64,000 nucleotides of DNA from Rhodospirillales bacterium (lineage in GTDB: Bacteria; Pseudomonadota; Alphaproteobacteria; Bin95): contig JAYQLI010000035.1 of NCBI GenBank assembly GCA_038143065.1, positions 1,920,894 through 1,984,893 of the forward strand, written 5' to 3'. The notes below the pieces were generated by a model. The model ran no database searches, had not been told where the DNA came from, and saw only the letters and a program-made list of their open reading frames with translations. How positions within the stretch are numbered: position 1 is the stretch's first letter; every line of letters begins with the position of its first letter. Shown in pieces: positions 21,079 to 30,416 of this stretch. Both the position numbers and the translations under genes were made by a program.

Positions 21079-22629
21079 TTGATTAGCCCCAGTATTTTAG
21101 AGGATCAGCGCTCTCTTATTGCTTTTTTAAGCAAACCCGGAGTTCTCGGCGAGAGTACTCCTCAAAAAGTTGATACTCTTGGTGCGGTAGTTTTCCTCGC
21201 TAAAGACAAAGCTTTTAAATTGAAACGAGCTGTTTCTTTTAGCTTCATGGACTTTGGTGACAGGAGCAAACGCGACAATGCTGCCAAGGCAGAATTAATC
21301 CTTAATAGGAGAACGGCTAAAAAGCTCTACTTGGGCCTCACGCCCGTTTATCAAATTGGCGAGTCTTTTCATTTGGGAGAGCTTTCTGAAGAAATTGACC
21401 ATGCCCCAAATGCTGTGGCGCATCTTGTAACCATGCGCCGCTTCAAGAATGGACATACTTTAGACCAGCTTGGCGATGCAGGAGAGCTAGAAAGTGTACT
21501 GATTGATCAGCTTGCTGACACCATTGCTGATTTCCATGCCCAAACGCCACCTGCTTACAGAGGCGCTGCGGCAACATCTTTGACGTTTTCAGCGCGCCGG
21601 ACAGCCCGAGATATTCTAGATGCAAAAAATCTCTTGGGAGAGAATTCTACTACTTTGGTTGGAAAAATTGAGGATGCACTAGCCAGATATAAATCTGAGA
21701 TAAATCATCGTGGAGCAAATGGGTGTGTAAAAAGACTTCATGGCGACCTGCATTTAGCTAACGTCGCTCGAATCGATAATTCCCCAGTAATTTTCGATGC
21801 TCTTGAATTCGACAATGACATGGCCACTGTCGATGAGCTACATGACTTAGCATTCCTCATAATGGATCTTTGGGCGAGGAATGCTCATTTTCTAGCCGCA
21901 AGAGTATGGAGCCGGTATTTAGCAACTAGCGGAAAATATGAAGGACTCGCATTAGCTCCTTTGTTCATTTCTATGAGAGCAGCTGTTCGAGCTAAAATAG
22001 CACTTCATGCAGCAGAAAATTCGAAAGGAAATGATAGAGAATGTAAACTCACTGAAGCTAAGCACTACGTCCAGACCGCTTTAAATGCATTGGCGGAACC
22101 AAAGCCACGCTTGATCGCGATTGGTGGACTGTCAGGATCAGGAAAAACGACTCTAGCTCATGCTCTAGCTCCCTTGCTAGCGCCAGCAGTGGGAGCGGTC
22201 CACTTAAGATCAGATGGGATCCGAAAGAGGCGAGCAGGCCTGCATTTTCACGTAAAATTACCTAAATCAGCTTATTCGTCTTCAGAAAACATAGCTGTGT
22301 ATGAGACTCTTTTGAATGAGGCAAAAGCAGTTCTTCTTCAGGGAAGTCCTGTTATTGTCGACGCTGTATTTGCTAGGTCAGATGAACGAAAAGCCATTCA
22401 GCAAGTAGCGGAGCAGCTAAACCTTCCTTTTAACGGCTTTTGGCTAGAAGCAGATCTTATTGAAAGGCAGCAACGTATCGTTGGGCGAAAAGTTGATATC
22501 TCAGATGCAACACCCGCTGTTGCAGCCCGACAGGAAAATTATGAACTTGGACACATTTACTGGCAGCGGCTTAATGCACTTGAAAGCCCGCTAGCGGTTG
22601 TAATGGAAGAGCTTCACCTTCAAGGGTAG
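21079..22629 (+). CDS. Bifunctional aminoglycoside-phosphotransferase-like / AAA_33 P-loop kinase protein
   Basis: KLKRAV, EL.LNRR, HGDLHLANV, DALEF; C-terminal GGLSGSGKTT, HLRSD..RK, DAVF, R...SDA. Confidence 0.88.
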   Translation: MISPSILEDQRSLIAFLSKPGVLGESTPQKVDTLGAVVFLAKDKAFKLKRAVSFSFMDFGDRSKRDNAAKAELILNRRTAKKLYLGLTPVYQIGESFHLGELSEEIDHAPNAVAHLVTMRRFKNGHTLDQLGDAGELESVLIDQLADTIADFHAQTPPAYRGAAATSLTFSARRTARDILDAKNLLGENSTTLVGKIEDALARYKSEINHRGANGCVKRLHGDLHLANVARIDNSPVIFDALEFDNDMATVDELHDLAFLIMDLWARNAHFLAARVWSRYLATSGKYEGLALAPLFISMRAAVRAKIALHAAENSKGNDRECKLTEAKHYVQTALNALAEPKPRLIAIGGLSGSGKTTLAHALAPLLAPAVGAVHLRSDGIRKRRAGLHFHVKLPKSAYSSSENIAVYETLLNEAKAVLLQGSPVIVDAVFARSDERKAIQQVAEQLNLPFNGFWLEADLIERQQRIVGRKVDISDATPAVAARQENYELGHIYWQRLNALESPLAVVMEELHLQG

Positions 22630-23360
22630 CCCACCTCCATTAAACAAAGGCCTTGCGCTGGCGCTGTTGGTCCGGCGGCAGAGCGATCTTTTGCTCTTAA
22701 TGCCGTTAATACTTCATCTGGCGACCAAGCCCCTTCACCAACCTTAACTAAAGTTCCTGCAGTGATTCGAACTTGATTATGCAAAAAGGATCTCGCTTCA
22801 ACATCAAGCCAAATTTCATCTTCATGGCTGGAAACTACGAGGTGATCTAATGTCTTCAGGGGAGACTTTGCCTGACACTGAACCGAACGAAAGCTGGTAA
22901 AATCGTGGTGGCCGATAAGAAAGTTCGCGGCTACTTGCATCTTGGACACATCTAACGGCTTACCAAAAAACCACACTTGTCCCCGAGCCAAGGCTGGTGG
23001 GCTTCGTCTATTTAGTATCCTGTAACGATACCTTCGGCGAATTGCAGAAAAACGTGCATCGAAACTCTCTGAAGTCTCGACCACATCTAGAATTGAAACA
23101 AGGTGTGGTCGGAGATGAAAATTACATCCATCACGCAGATTTTTTATAGGCAAGGGTTGATCTAAATCGAAGTGTGCTACTTGCCCGACTGCGTGCACAC
23201 CCGCATCTGTTCTACCCGCCGCCTGAACACGAGGATGCTCCCCTGTTAAACGCTCCAGAGCTGTCTCAATAGCTTCTTGTACTGAGATCCCATTAGATTG
23301 ACGCTGCCAGCCAACAAAAGCTGACCCATCATACTCTATCGTTATTCGGTAACGCGGCAT
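22620..23360 (-). CDS. truA: tRNA pseudouridine(38-40) synthase
   Basis: YDGS.FVGWQRQ, AGRTDAGVHA, SFLHNQVR, PTAPAQGL. Confidence 0.96.
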   Translation of the reverse strand: MPRYRITIEYDGSAFVGWQRQSNGISVQEAIETALERLTGEHPRVQAAGRTDAGVHAVGQVAHFDLDQPLPIKNLRDGCNFHLRPHLVSILDVVETSESFDARFSAIRRRYRYRILNRRSPPALARGQVWFFGKPLDVSKMQVAANFLIGHHDFTSFRSVQCQAKSPLKTLDHLVVSSHEDEIWLDVEARSFLHNQVRITAGTLVKVGEGAWSPDEVLTALRAKDRSAAGPTAPAQGLCLMEVGYP

Positions 23361-24276
23361 TAGCGGGTAAAAGCGTTGCCTGCCAGCATGGGATAGCCGC
23401 GGAGGAATGATGAGGCGTCCATCATAGCTTTCCCTGGTCGCTGTAGAGCCTGAATGCGAATTGCACCCCGTCCCGTACCAACGAGTAGGTTGTCATCTAA
23501 AAGACTACCAGGAGAACCTTCATCCGCCTCCAAACTACATGCTCCTATTTTGAATTCTTCACCAGAAAATCTGCTCCAAGCCTTAGGGAAAGGGCTAAGA
23601 GCGCGAATGTGGCGATCAATCTCAACGGCCGGTTGGGTCCAATCTATAAGGCAATCTTCTTTATTCAACTTTTGAGCATATGTAATCCCAGTAGAGGGTT
23701 GAGGGGTTGGTTTTACGGAACCTTCCTCCAAACCGGCCAAAGTTGGAACTATAAGACGCGCGCCAATCTCAGAGAGCCTATCATGTAACTCACCACCAGA
23801 AGTTTTACATCCTATTGGCGTTACTTCCGTTAGCAACATTGGACCGGTGTCGAGACCTTCATCCATCGCCATCGTAACAACACCTGTTTCGGAGTCACCT
23901 GCCATGATGGCCCTCTGAATAGGTGCCGCACCGCGCCAGCGTGGCAAGAGAGAAGCATGGATGTTGACGCAGCCAAATTTTGGGGCGGTCAAAATAGGTT
24001 CTGGCAGAATGAGGCCATAAGCAGCGACAATCGCACAATCCAACCGCAAATTTGAGAACTCTTTTTGCACTTCTGTGTTACGAAGTGACTTGGGGGTCCG
24101 AACCTCAATTCCAGCTGACATTGCCGAAATATGGACAGCGATGGTTTAAGTTTTTGTCCTCGTCCTGAAGGCCTAGGCGGTTGAGTGTAAACAGCAGCTA
24201 TATCATGACCAGCTGCAATCAACGCCTGCAGTGCCGGCTCTGAAAAACTCGGCGTTCCCATGAAGGCAAGGCGCAT
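23360..24276 (-). CDS. fmt: Methionyl-tRNA formyltransferase; frameshift near 24137-24140
   Basis: [48 protein letters not shown]. Confidence 0.95.
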
Positions 24277-24279
24277 TTT

Positions 24280-24816
24280 TTAATCCCTCAGCGTGCGCTT
24301 TCCAGCTCGTTGCGCCTTAAGTTTCTTCATTTTTGTTAATGCCATGTTTCGTTTGAGCATCGAAACGTGATCAATGAAAAGGATCCCATTGAGATGATCT
24401 ATCTCATGCTGAATACATCTAGCCATAAGGCCATCGGCCTCTTGTTCGCGCTCAGTGCCAGTTTCATCAAGATATGTAAACTTGACCCTCTCCGGCCTCT
24501 TCACATCATAATAAACGTCGGGAATTGATAGGCACCCCTCGCTCATAAGGCACGTTTCGTCAGAAAACCAAGTAACCTCTGGGTTGACCAATTTCATGGG
24601 CGCTGGTGGGTCACCTTCCCGAGCAACATCTATAACAACGAGGCGACGTTCATCACCAATCTGAGGGCCAGCTAAACCAATACCTGGTGCTTCGTACATA
24701 GTCACCAACATTTCATCTAGCCGACGTCTTATCGAATCGTCTACCTCATCGATTGGTTTGCAGCGAGTTTTAAGGCGTCTATCCGGAGCGATGAGGATTG
24801 GTACAGAGCTAACCAC
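24280..24816 (-). CDS. def: Peptide deformylase
   Basis: GIGLAGPQIG, EGCLSIP, QHEIDHLNG. Likely GTG start at 24816 overlapping the upstream TAG. Confidence 0.96.
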   Translation of the reverse strand: MVSSVPILIAPDRRLKTRCKPIDEVDDSIRRRLDEMLVTMYEAPGIGLAGPQIGDERRLVVIDVAREGDPPAPMKLVNPEVTWFSDETCLMSEGCLSIPDVYYDVKRPERVKFTYLDETGTEREQEADGLMARCIQHEIDHLNGILFIDHVSMLKRNMALTKMKKLKAQRAGKRTLRD

Positions 24817-25202
24817 TACGTAATCCTCTTCCAATAACTGTCTTTGATCGAAATCTTGCCATCACGAAAGCTATAAATGTCAGTTCCTCGTACATCAATA
24901 ATTTGGCCGTTTTTGTATGCCCCAGTCGCCCTAAAACGGCCAACAATGTGATTATCCCCAAACATTAATTCCGTTTCGGAAAACCGAAGGCTTTCTATTA
25001 TCTTTGCCCTTGATTCAAGAGCACTACGAACGGCGTCCCGTCCCTTTACTACGCGACCATCTGGTGTGTCAGGGCCTTCATGTAACCGCCATTCAAAATC
25101 ATCGGTTACTTGCCGCAGAATGCCATCAATATCACCACTATTAAAAGCCTTACCGAAAGCCTTCAGGACAATAGTGGCGGCATCACGGTCAATTGCACCC
25201 AT
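24816..25202 (-). CDS. NTF2/SnoaL-like family protein
   Basis: AFN.GDID......DD..W, GRDAVR, GTDIYSFRDGKISIKDSYWK; SD AAGGAGG upstream. Confidence 0.85.
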   Translation of the reverse strand: MGAIDRDAATIVLKAFGKAFNSGDIDGILRQVTDDFEWRLHEGPDTPDGRVVKGRDAVRSALESRAKIIESLRFSETELMFGDNHIVGRFRATGAYKNGQIIDVRGTDIYSFRDGKISIKDSYWKRIT

Positions 25203-25228
25203 TTCAAACCCTCCTTGTACCCCGTGTA

Positions 25229-25260
25229 TTTATAAGATGACCCCGAGCCGTAGGGGTCAA
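25229..25260 (-). promoter_or_regulatory. Putative MerR-type promoter/operator
   Basis: TTGACC-20 nt-TATAAA on the minus strand, with a perfect dyad TGACCCC-N8-GGGGTCA (25238-25259) overlapping the -35 box and spacer. Confidence 0.45.
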
Positions 25261-25334
25261 GCAATTTGAATTCTTTTGGGAAATTGTCTTTTATTCCTAG
25301 CCATCAGGCTATTGTAAAAGTATAGAGTTCTTCC

Positions 25335-25811
25335 ATGCGGTTTTTAATTGCGTTAGTCCTCATAGGTCTCTTATTTCCTGCAGCTGCACGTAGCGAATGT
25401 AAAGTCGCTCCTCAGCCTAAGTTGCGCTCGACACCATTGGAAATTGAAACGTCGAGGGGAAAGCATAAACTAATGGTTGAATTGGCCGTGAAAGAACAAG
25501 AACGGGCATGCGGCCTCATGCAGCGGCCAAGACTAGAACCCTCTACTGGAATGCTTTTTAAGCAACACAAGATAGGACCAGCCTGGTTTTGGATGAAAAA
25601 CACGCCAGAGCCGCTAGACATGTTATTCCTAGATACAGACGGCAGAGTGCTTAAAATAGAAAAGCAAACCATTCCTTTTACAACCAATGTTTATGGAACA
25701 TCGGAGAATGTGTCTGCGGTTTTGGAGCTATTAGCAGGAACGGCCGCGAGACTTTCGATAAAGCCTGGCGACCGCGTAATCCATTACTGGTTTGAGAAAC
25801 CTAGAAACTAG
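25335..25811 (+). CDS. DUF192 family exported protein
   Basis: Signal peptide, VELA....[33 protein letters not shown]. Confidence 0.92.
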   Translation: MRFLIALVLIGLLFPAAARSECKVAPQPKLRSTPLEIETSRGKHKLMVELAVKEQERACGLMQRPRLEPSTGMLFKQHKIGPAWFWMKNTPEPLDMLFLDTDGRVLKIEKQTIPFTTNVYGTSENVSAVLELLAGTAARLSIKPGDRVIHYWFEKPRN

Positions 25812-26407
25812 CTCTCTTTGGAGACTTCTTCGTCTTCAGCTGCAGGCTCTTCAAGGAGTTCATCCAGAGCAGGAGCATCTTCAGAATCCAAATCTTCATC
25901 GAATTCAAAGCCATCATCTCGGCTTAAGACGTTTTCACCGCGCGCTTGCGCCTCTGCTTCGTCCGCCGTACGAGCCACGTTAGCCGTAACAGTCACAACC
26001 ACCTCAGGGTGCAACCGAACGCGAACGCCATGCAAACCAAGTGTCTTAATAGGTCGCTCTAGCTCAACCTGTCGACGGTCTACAGAAGTGCCAGCCTCAA
26101 CCATAGCCTCTGATATATCGCGACTGGATACTGAACCGTATAGCTGGCCTGTATCGCCTGCTGACCGAATCAATACCACGGACATATCGTCCATCTTTCC
26201 TGCAACGGCTTCGGCTTCTTGCCTGCGCTCCAGGTTTTGGGCCTCTAATTGAGCCTTCTGTGTCTCAAAATAGGCAATGTTGTCTTTGGATGCCCGAAGT
26301 GCCTTTTTCTGTGGCAGAAGGAAATTCCTGGCATAGCCATTCTTTACCTTAACTACGTCACCCATTTGGCCGAGCTTCTCGACCCGTTCTAACAAAATAA
26401 TGTCCAT
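25808..26407 (-). CDS. rplI: 50S ribosomal protein L9
   Basis: [41 protein letters not shown]. Confidence 0.98.
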   Translation of the reverse strand: MDIILLERVEKLGQMGDVVKVKNGYARNFLLPQKKALRASKDNIAYFETQKAQLEAQNLERRQEAEAVAGKMDDMSVVLIRSAGDTGQLYGSVSSRDISEAMVEAGTSVDRRQVELERPIKTLGLHGVRVRLHPEVVVTVTANVARTADEAEAQARGENVLSRDDGFEFDEDLDSEDAPALDELLEEPAAEDEEVSKES

Positions 26408-26443
26408 TAGTTCTTGCTCCCGATGCCCGTCACGTGGTGCGGA

Positions 26444-26683
26444 TCAGCGGATTATGTATGGCAACAGCCCAATATGACGGGCCCGCTTGATTGCTTGTGC
26501 AAGCAAACGTTGCTTCTTCGCCGAAACAGCGGAAATGCGGCTTGGAACGATTTTACCACGTTCTGTCAAGAAACGCTGAAGCAAACGCACATCCCGAAAA
26601 TCAATTGCGGGAGCGTTCGGACCCGAGAATGGGCATGACTTTTTACGTCTAAAAAATGGCCGGCGGCCACCACCCATCGCCAT
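26444..26683 (-). CDS. rpsR: 30S ribosomal protein S18
   Basis: [33 protein letters not shown]. Confidence 0.98.
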   Translation of the reverse strand: MAMGGGRRPFFRRKKSCPFSGPNAPAIDFRDVRLLQRFLTERGKIVPSRISAVSAKKQRLLAQAIKRARHIGLLPYIIR

Positions 26684-27126
26684 CAGGAATTCTCCTCTTC
26701 ACTGGTGTCGACGGAATCTTCCTTAATCTGACCTCGCTCATCATCGCTGTCGCCGTCCATATTATCCTCTCGATCATCACGAGAGCGACGACGGTCGTCA
26801 CGATCACGACGCGACATCATCGGTGAAGGAGCTTCTGTCACTTCGTCTATCTTTACGGTCATGAACCTTATGACGTCTTCGGACAATCGCATCTGACGTT
26901 CTAGCTCATTCACCGCACCGGAATTAGCCTCAACGTCAAACATGACGTAGTGGCCTTTTCGATTCTTTTTAATTCGGTATGCAAGGGACTTCAGGCCCCA
27001 ATGCTCACGCTTGAGGACCTTGCCCCCATTCTCTTCGATAAGCGTGGCATAAGTGTCTGCCAAGCCTTCTACTTGAGCAGGAGACATGTCCTGCCTAACA
27101 ATGAATACGTTCTCGTAATAACCCAT
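26683..27126 (-). CDS. rpsF: 30S ribosomal protein S6
   Basis: ATG at 27126: [38 protein letters not shown]. Confidence 0.97.
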   Translation of the reverse strand: MGYYENVFIVRQDMSPAQVEGLADTYATLIEENGGKVLKREHWGLKSLAYRIKKNRKGHYVMFDVEANSGAVNELERQMRLSEDVIRFMTVKIDEVTEAPSPMMSRRDRDDRRRSRDDREDNMDGDSDDERGQIKEDSVDTSEEENS

Positions 27127-27214
27127 AACCGGTTCATACCCGCGTATGGTTGAAAAAACTGACACACGGCCACGCGAAAAAACGCGGGACCGAACGGCCA
27201 GCGAAGAAGGCGCT

Positions 27215-27242
27215 GTTATACAGATGCCGCGGATCAAATCAA
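27215..27242 (-). promoter_or_regulatory. Putative sigma70 promoter of rpsF-rpsR-rplI
   Basis: TTGATT-16 nt-TATAAC followed by a GC-rich discriminator-like AGCGCC. Confidence 0.45.
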
Positions 27243-27430
27243 CCCGCTTATTACATATATGTCATTTTTGAGCTACTCATCGCGACGATTTGCCGGTGAG
27301 ACCTTGGCCGACAAACCGCGAGCGGCTAAGTATTACGGTAACGAAAATTCCAAATGTTGACCATGTGATGCCATATTTTTGCGATAAGTCATCATACAGT
27401 GTTTAGTCATAAGAAACTTATTGGAGTCCC

Positions 27431-27955
27431 ATGCGTATAAACCGTCACATGCTTTCCGCCATACTTGCAGGTTTGGCTGGATTTATGATTTTAGCTGATA
27501 CAGCGAATGCCGCTAATCCAAAATCCTTAGGTCGCTTTCGAGATTGGGAGGCATACTCTGCAGAAGAAAGAGGCAGTAGAATTTGTTACGCATTAACAGC
27601 ACCAAAGAAATCTCAAGGCAATTACTCCAGGCGCGGTCCTGTTTTTTTGATGGTCACGCGCCGACCGGCTGACAACGTTTATGACGAGGTAAGCGCAATT
27701 ACCGGTTATACCTATCAAAAAAATAGCAACCCCACTCTATCGATTGGCTCTAATCGGTTTGTCGCAGACGCTGTAGGCGAGGTTGCCTGGCCCAAAATTC
27801 AAGATGGGCAAAAGCTCATCTCTAGAATGACGGCTGGCAAGACCCTAGAGCTCAAGGGAACGTCATCACGTGGCACATTAACCAAGGATACTTTCTCTCT
27901 CCGCGGATTTACCGCTGCTCTTAATGCTGTAGCTGACGCATGTCCGAAACGCTAA
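27431..27955 (+). CDS. Invasion-associated locus B (IalB)-like periplasmic protein
   Basis: Signal peptide, LG.FRDW.AY, CYALT.P, GTSSRGT.TKDTFSL.GFTAAL; usual position upstream of rlmN. Confidence 0.85.
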   Translation: MRINRHMLSAILAGLAGFMILADTANAANPKSLGRFRDWEAYSAEERGSRICYALTAPKKSQGNYSRRGPVFLMVTRRPADNVYDEVSAITGYTYQKNSNPTLSIGSNRFVADAVGEVAWPKIQDGQKLISRMTAGKTLELKGTSSRGTLTKDTFSLRGFTAALNAVADACPKR

Positions 27956-29031
27956 CCGATCTAGTCGGGCTAGATAGAAAGTCCCTCGCTAATTTGTTGG
28001 AACCGCATGGTCTAAAAGGGTACCGAATCGGGCAAATTTGGCAGCAAATATATCGTTTAGGCACCATAAATTTTGACTCGATGACAACAATTGCCAAATC
28101 TGCAAGGCAGGGTTTAGCGGAAAAATTTGTTGTTGGACGGCTCGAAATTGAAAGCTCTCAGACTTCGAAAGATGGCACCCGAAAATGGTTGTTTAGACTA
28201 CATGATGGTTCTCTTGTAGAGACGGTATTTATACCTGAAACCGATCGAGGCACGCTCTGTGTTTCCTCTCAGGTTGGCTGCACTTTGAATTGCCAGTTCT
28301 GTCACACTGGAACCCAGAGGTTAGTGCGAAACCTCTCCTCACAAGAAATACTTGCGCAAATTCTAACCGCTAAGGAAGAACTTGAAGACTGGCCAGCCCC
28401 TCGACCAGATAGAAAGCTAACAAATATCGTGCTCATGGGCATGGGCGAGCCACTCTATAATTTTGATAACGTAAAGCAAGCAATGCTAATCGCTTTAGAC
28501 CCTGAAGGACTTGGGTTTTCGAGGAGGCGGATCACACTCTCTACAGCCGGAGTGGTGCCAATGATTGTCCGCGCTGGCGAAGAAATAGGAGTAAATTTAG
28601 CCATCTCTTTGCACGCAACCAATGATGGCATTCGAGATAAAATAGTCCCAATTAATAAAAAATATCCCCTCACAGAGCTTTTAAATGCCTGCAGAGCCTA
28701 CCCCACATTGAATAATGCGCGTCGAATAACTTTTGAGTACGTGATGCTTAAGGACGTTAATGACAGAGATGAGCACGCTTACGCTCTAGCAGATATGCTG
28801 AAAGACATTCCCGCGAAGATAAATCTTATTCCTTTTAACCCATGGCCAGGCGCGGTTTTTGAACGATCGACAAAAGATCGCATCCATCGTTTTGCTGGGA
28901 TTTTGATGGACGCGGGCTACCCAAGCCCCGTTAGAACTCCGAGAGGTGAAGATATTCTGGCGGCCTGCGGGCAACTAAAATCCGCGACAGAAAAAGTTCG
29001 TCGTGCTCGCCCCGGGGTTTCTGCCGCTTAA
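27940..29031 (+). CDS. rlmN: Dual-specificity 23S rRNA m2A2503 / tRNA m2A37 methyltransferase
   Basis: [35 protein letters not shown]. Confidence 0.97.
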   Translation: MSETLTDLVGLDRKSLANLLEPHGLKGYRIGQIWQQIYRLGTINFDSMTTIAKSARQGLAEKFVVGRLEIESSQTSKDGTRKWLFRLHDGSLVETVFIPETDRGTLCVSSQVGCTLNCQFCHTGTQRLVRNLSSQEILAQILTAKEELEDWPAPRPDRKLTNIVLMGMGEPLYNFDNVKQAMLIALDPEGLGFSRRRITLSTAGVVPMIVRAGEEIGVNLAISLHATNDGIRDKIVPINKKYPLTELLNACRAYPTLNNARRITFEYVMLKDVNDRDEHAYALADMLKDIPAKINLIPFNPWPGAVFERSTKDRIHRFAGILMDAGYPSPVRTPRGEDILAACGQLKSATEKVRRARPGVSAA

Positions 29032-29192
29032 CACAAGACAGCCACAAAGCCATTCGAACAAACTTAAGTAAAAAAAATTTGGTTTTCTTTGACTTCGGCG
29101 AAGCAACGAAATCAATAGATGCTGACTGTGCGTTGCAGTTCAAGATATCCGTAGTAGATTTTGATAATTAACTGCAACAAGAGCTGACTCAA

Positions 29193-30416
29193 ATGCCTTT
29201 CAATGTCGAATCTGCAATGCGCGTAAATCCACCTGCTCCCGCTCAATTTTGGAAGGGATTTCCAAGATACAATTTTGTAGGAGGGCACAATGACTCTGCC
29301 AGCATACCAGCTAATGAACTTGCAGCCTCAGTAACATCGATTCTTAGCCGTGAGGGAAGTGACCTCGCTACATATGGTCTCCAAAGTGGACCACAAGGCT
29401 ATACCCCGTTCCGAGAGGCTATTGCTTCAATGCTCAACAGACGAGCAGGCATGCGCGAGGACGCTAACTCCATATTGGTGACATCAGGCTCGTTACAAGC
29501 TCTTTCGTTAATCTTTGACTTATTCCTCGACTCTGGTGATGTAGTCCTACTCGAAAAAGCTTGTTACGGAGGCACCCTTTCGCGTCTGAGAACCCGATCA
29601 GTTGAATATGTTGGGGTTGAACTTGACCAGGAAGGCATGCGAGCGGACTCCCTCGACCAAGCCATCCGTCAGGTCAAAGCCAAGGGAAAGTGCCCCAAAA
29701 TGATCTACACGATCCCAACAGTTCAAAACCCAACAGGACGCGTGATGTCTGAGGAGCGTCGGCATCAAATCATAGCAGTTGCAAAAGAACATGATCTGCC
29801 CATTTTCGAGGACGATTGTTATGCCGATTTAATTTTCGCTGGGGGCCGCCCTCCAGCAATTCGTGCGCTGGATGATGATGGGCGCGTCGTCTATTGCGGA
29901 TCTTTTTCTAAATCAATCGGACCAGCTATACGCGTAGGCTTTATTGCTGCTGACTGGCCTATTCTTTCAAGGCTACTAGCTCTGAAAACTGATGGTGGAA
30001 CTGGAGCCATTGAACAGATGGCTCTCTCTGAATACCTGGGTGAAAAATTTGATGCCCATGTTGATAGTTTGAACAAAACTTTAAAAACCAAAGCTGATGC
30101 AATGGCTGATGCCATCGATGAATATTTTGGTGCTTCTGCTGAATTTGAGAGGCCCAAAAGTGGTATTTTTCTCTGGTTAAAACTCCCTGATGCGGTTGAT
30201 ACCTCTCGTCTCTACCAAGTGGCTAGCAGTGAAGGAGTGGCAATCAACCCTGGGGCGGACTGGTCCACGGAGGAAACCTACGGCAAAAAACGTCTCCGGC
30301 TTTGCTTTGCCAATCCATCAGTGGAGAATATCAGACAGGGCATTTCAAAACTTGCGGACATTTGCCACCGCGAGTTTGGGATTCCACACCACAGCTCTAA
30401 CACGCAACGTAAGTGA
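29193..30416 (+). CDS. PLP-dependent aminotransferase (MocR-type/LysN-like fold, no HTH)
   Basis: VTSGSLQAL, IPTVQNPTG, EDDCY, SFSKSIGPAIRVG, RLCFA. Confidence 0.88.
   Translation: MPFNVESAMRVNPPAPAQFWKGFPRYNFVGGHNDSASIPANELAASVTSILSREGSDLATYGLQSGPQGYTPFREAIASMLNRRAGMREDANSILVTSGSLQALSLIFDLFLDSGDVVLLEKACYGGTLSRLRTRSVEYVGVELDQEGMRADSLDQAIRQVKAKGKCPKMIYTIPTVQNPTGRVMSEERRHQIIAVAKEHDLPIFEDDCYADLIFAGGRPPAIRALDDDGRVVYCGSFSKSIGPAIRVGFIAADWPILSRLLALKTDGGTGAIEQMALSEYLGEKFDAHVDSLNKTLKTKADAMADAIDEYFGASAEFERPKSGIFLWLKLPDAVDTSRLYQVASSEGVAINPGADWSTEETYGKKRLRLCFANPSVENIRQGISKLADICHREFGIPHHSSNTQRK

Noticed and set aside
25808-27126. Highly charged low-complexity tails on S6 and L9
   Set aside because: Common in alphaproteobacterial S6 and L9; not novel.
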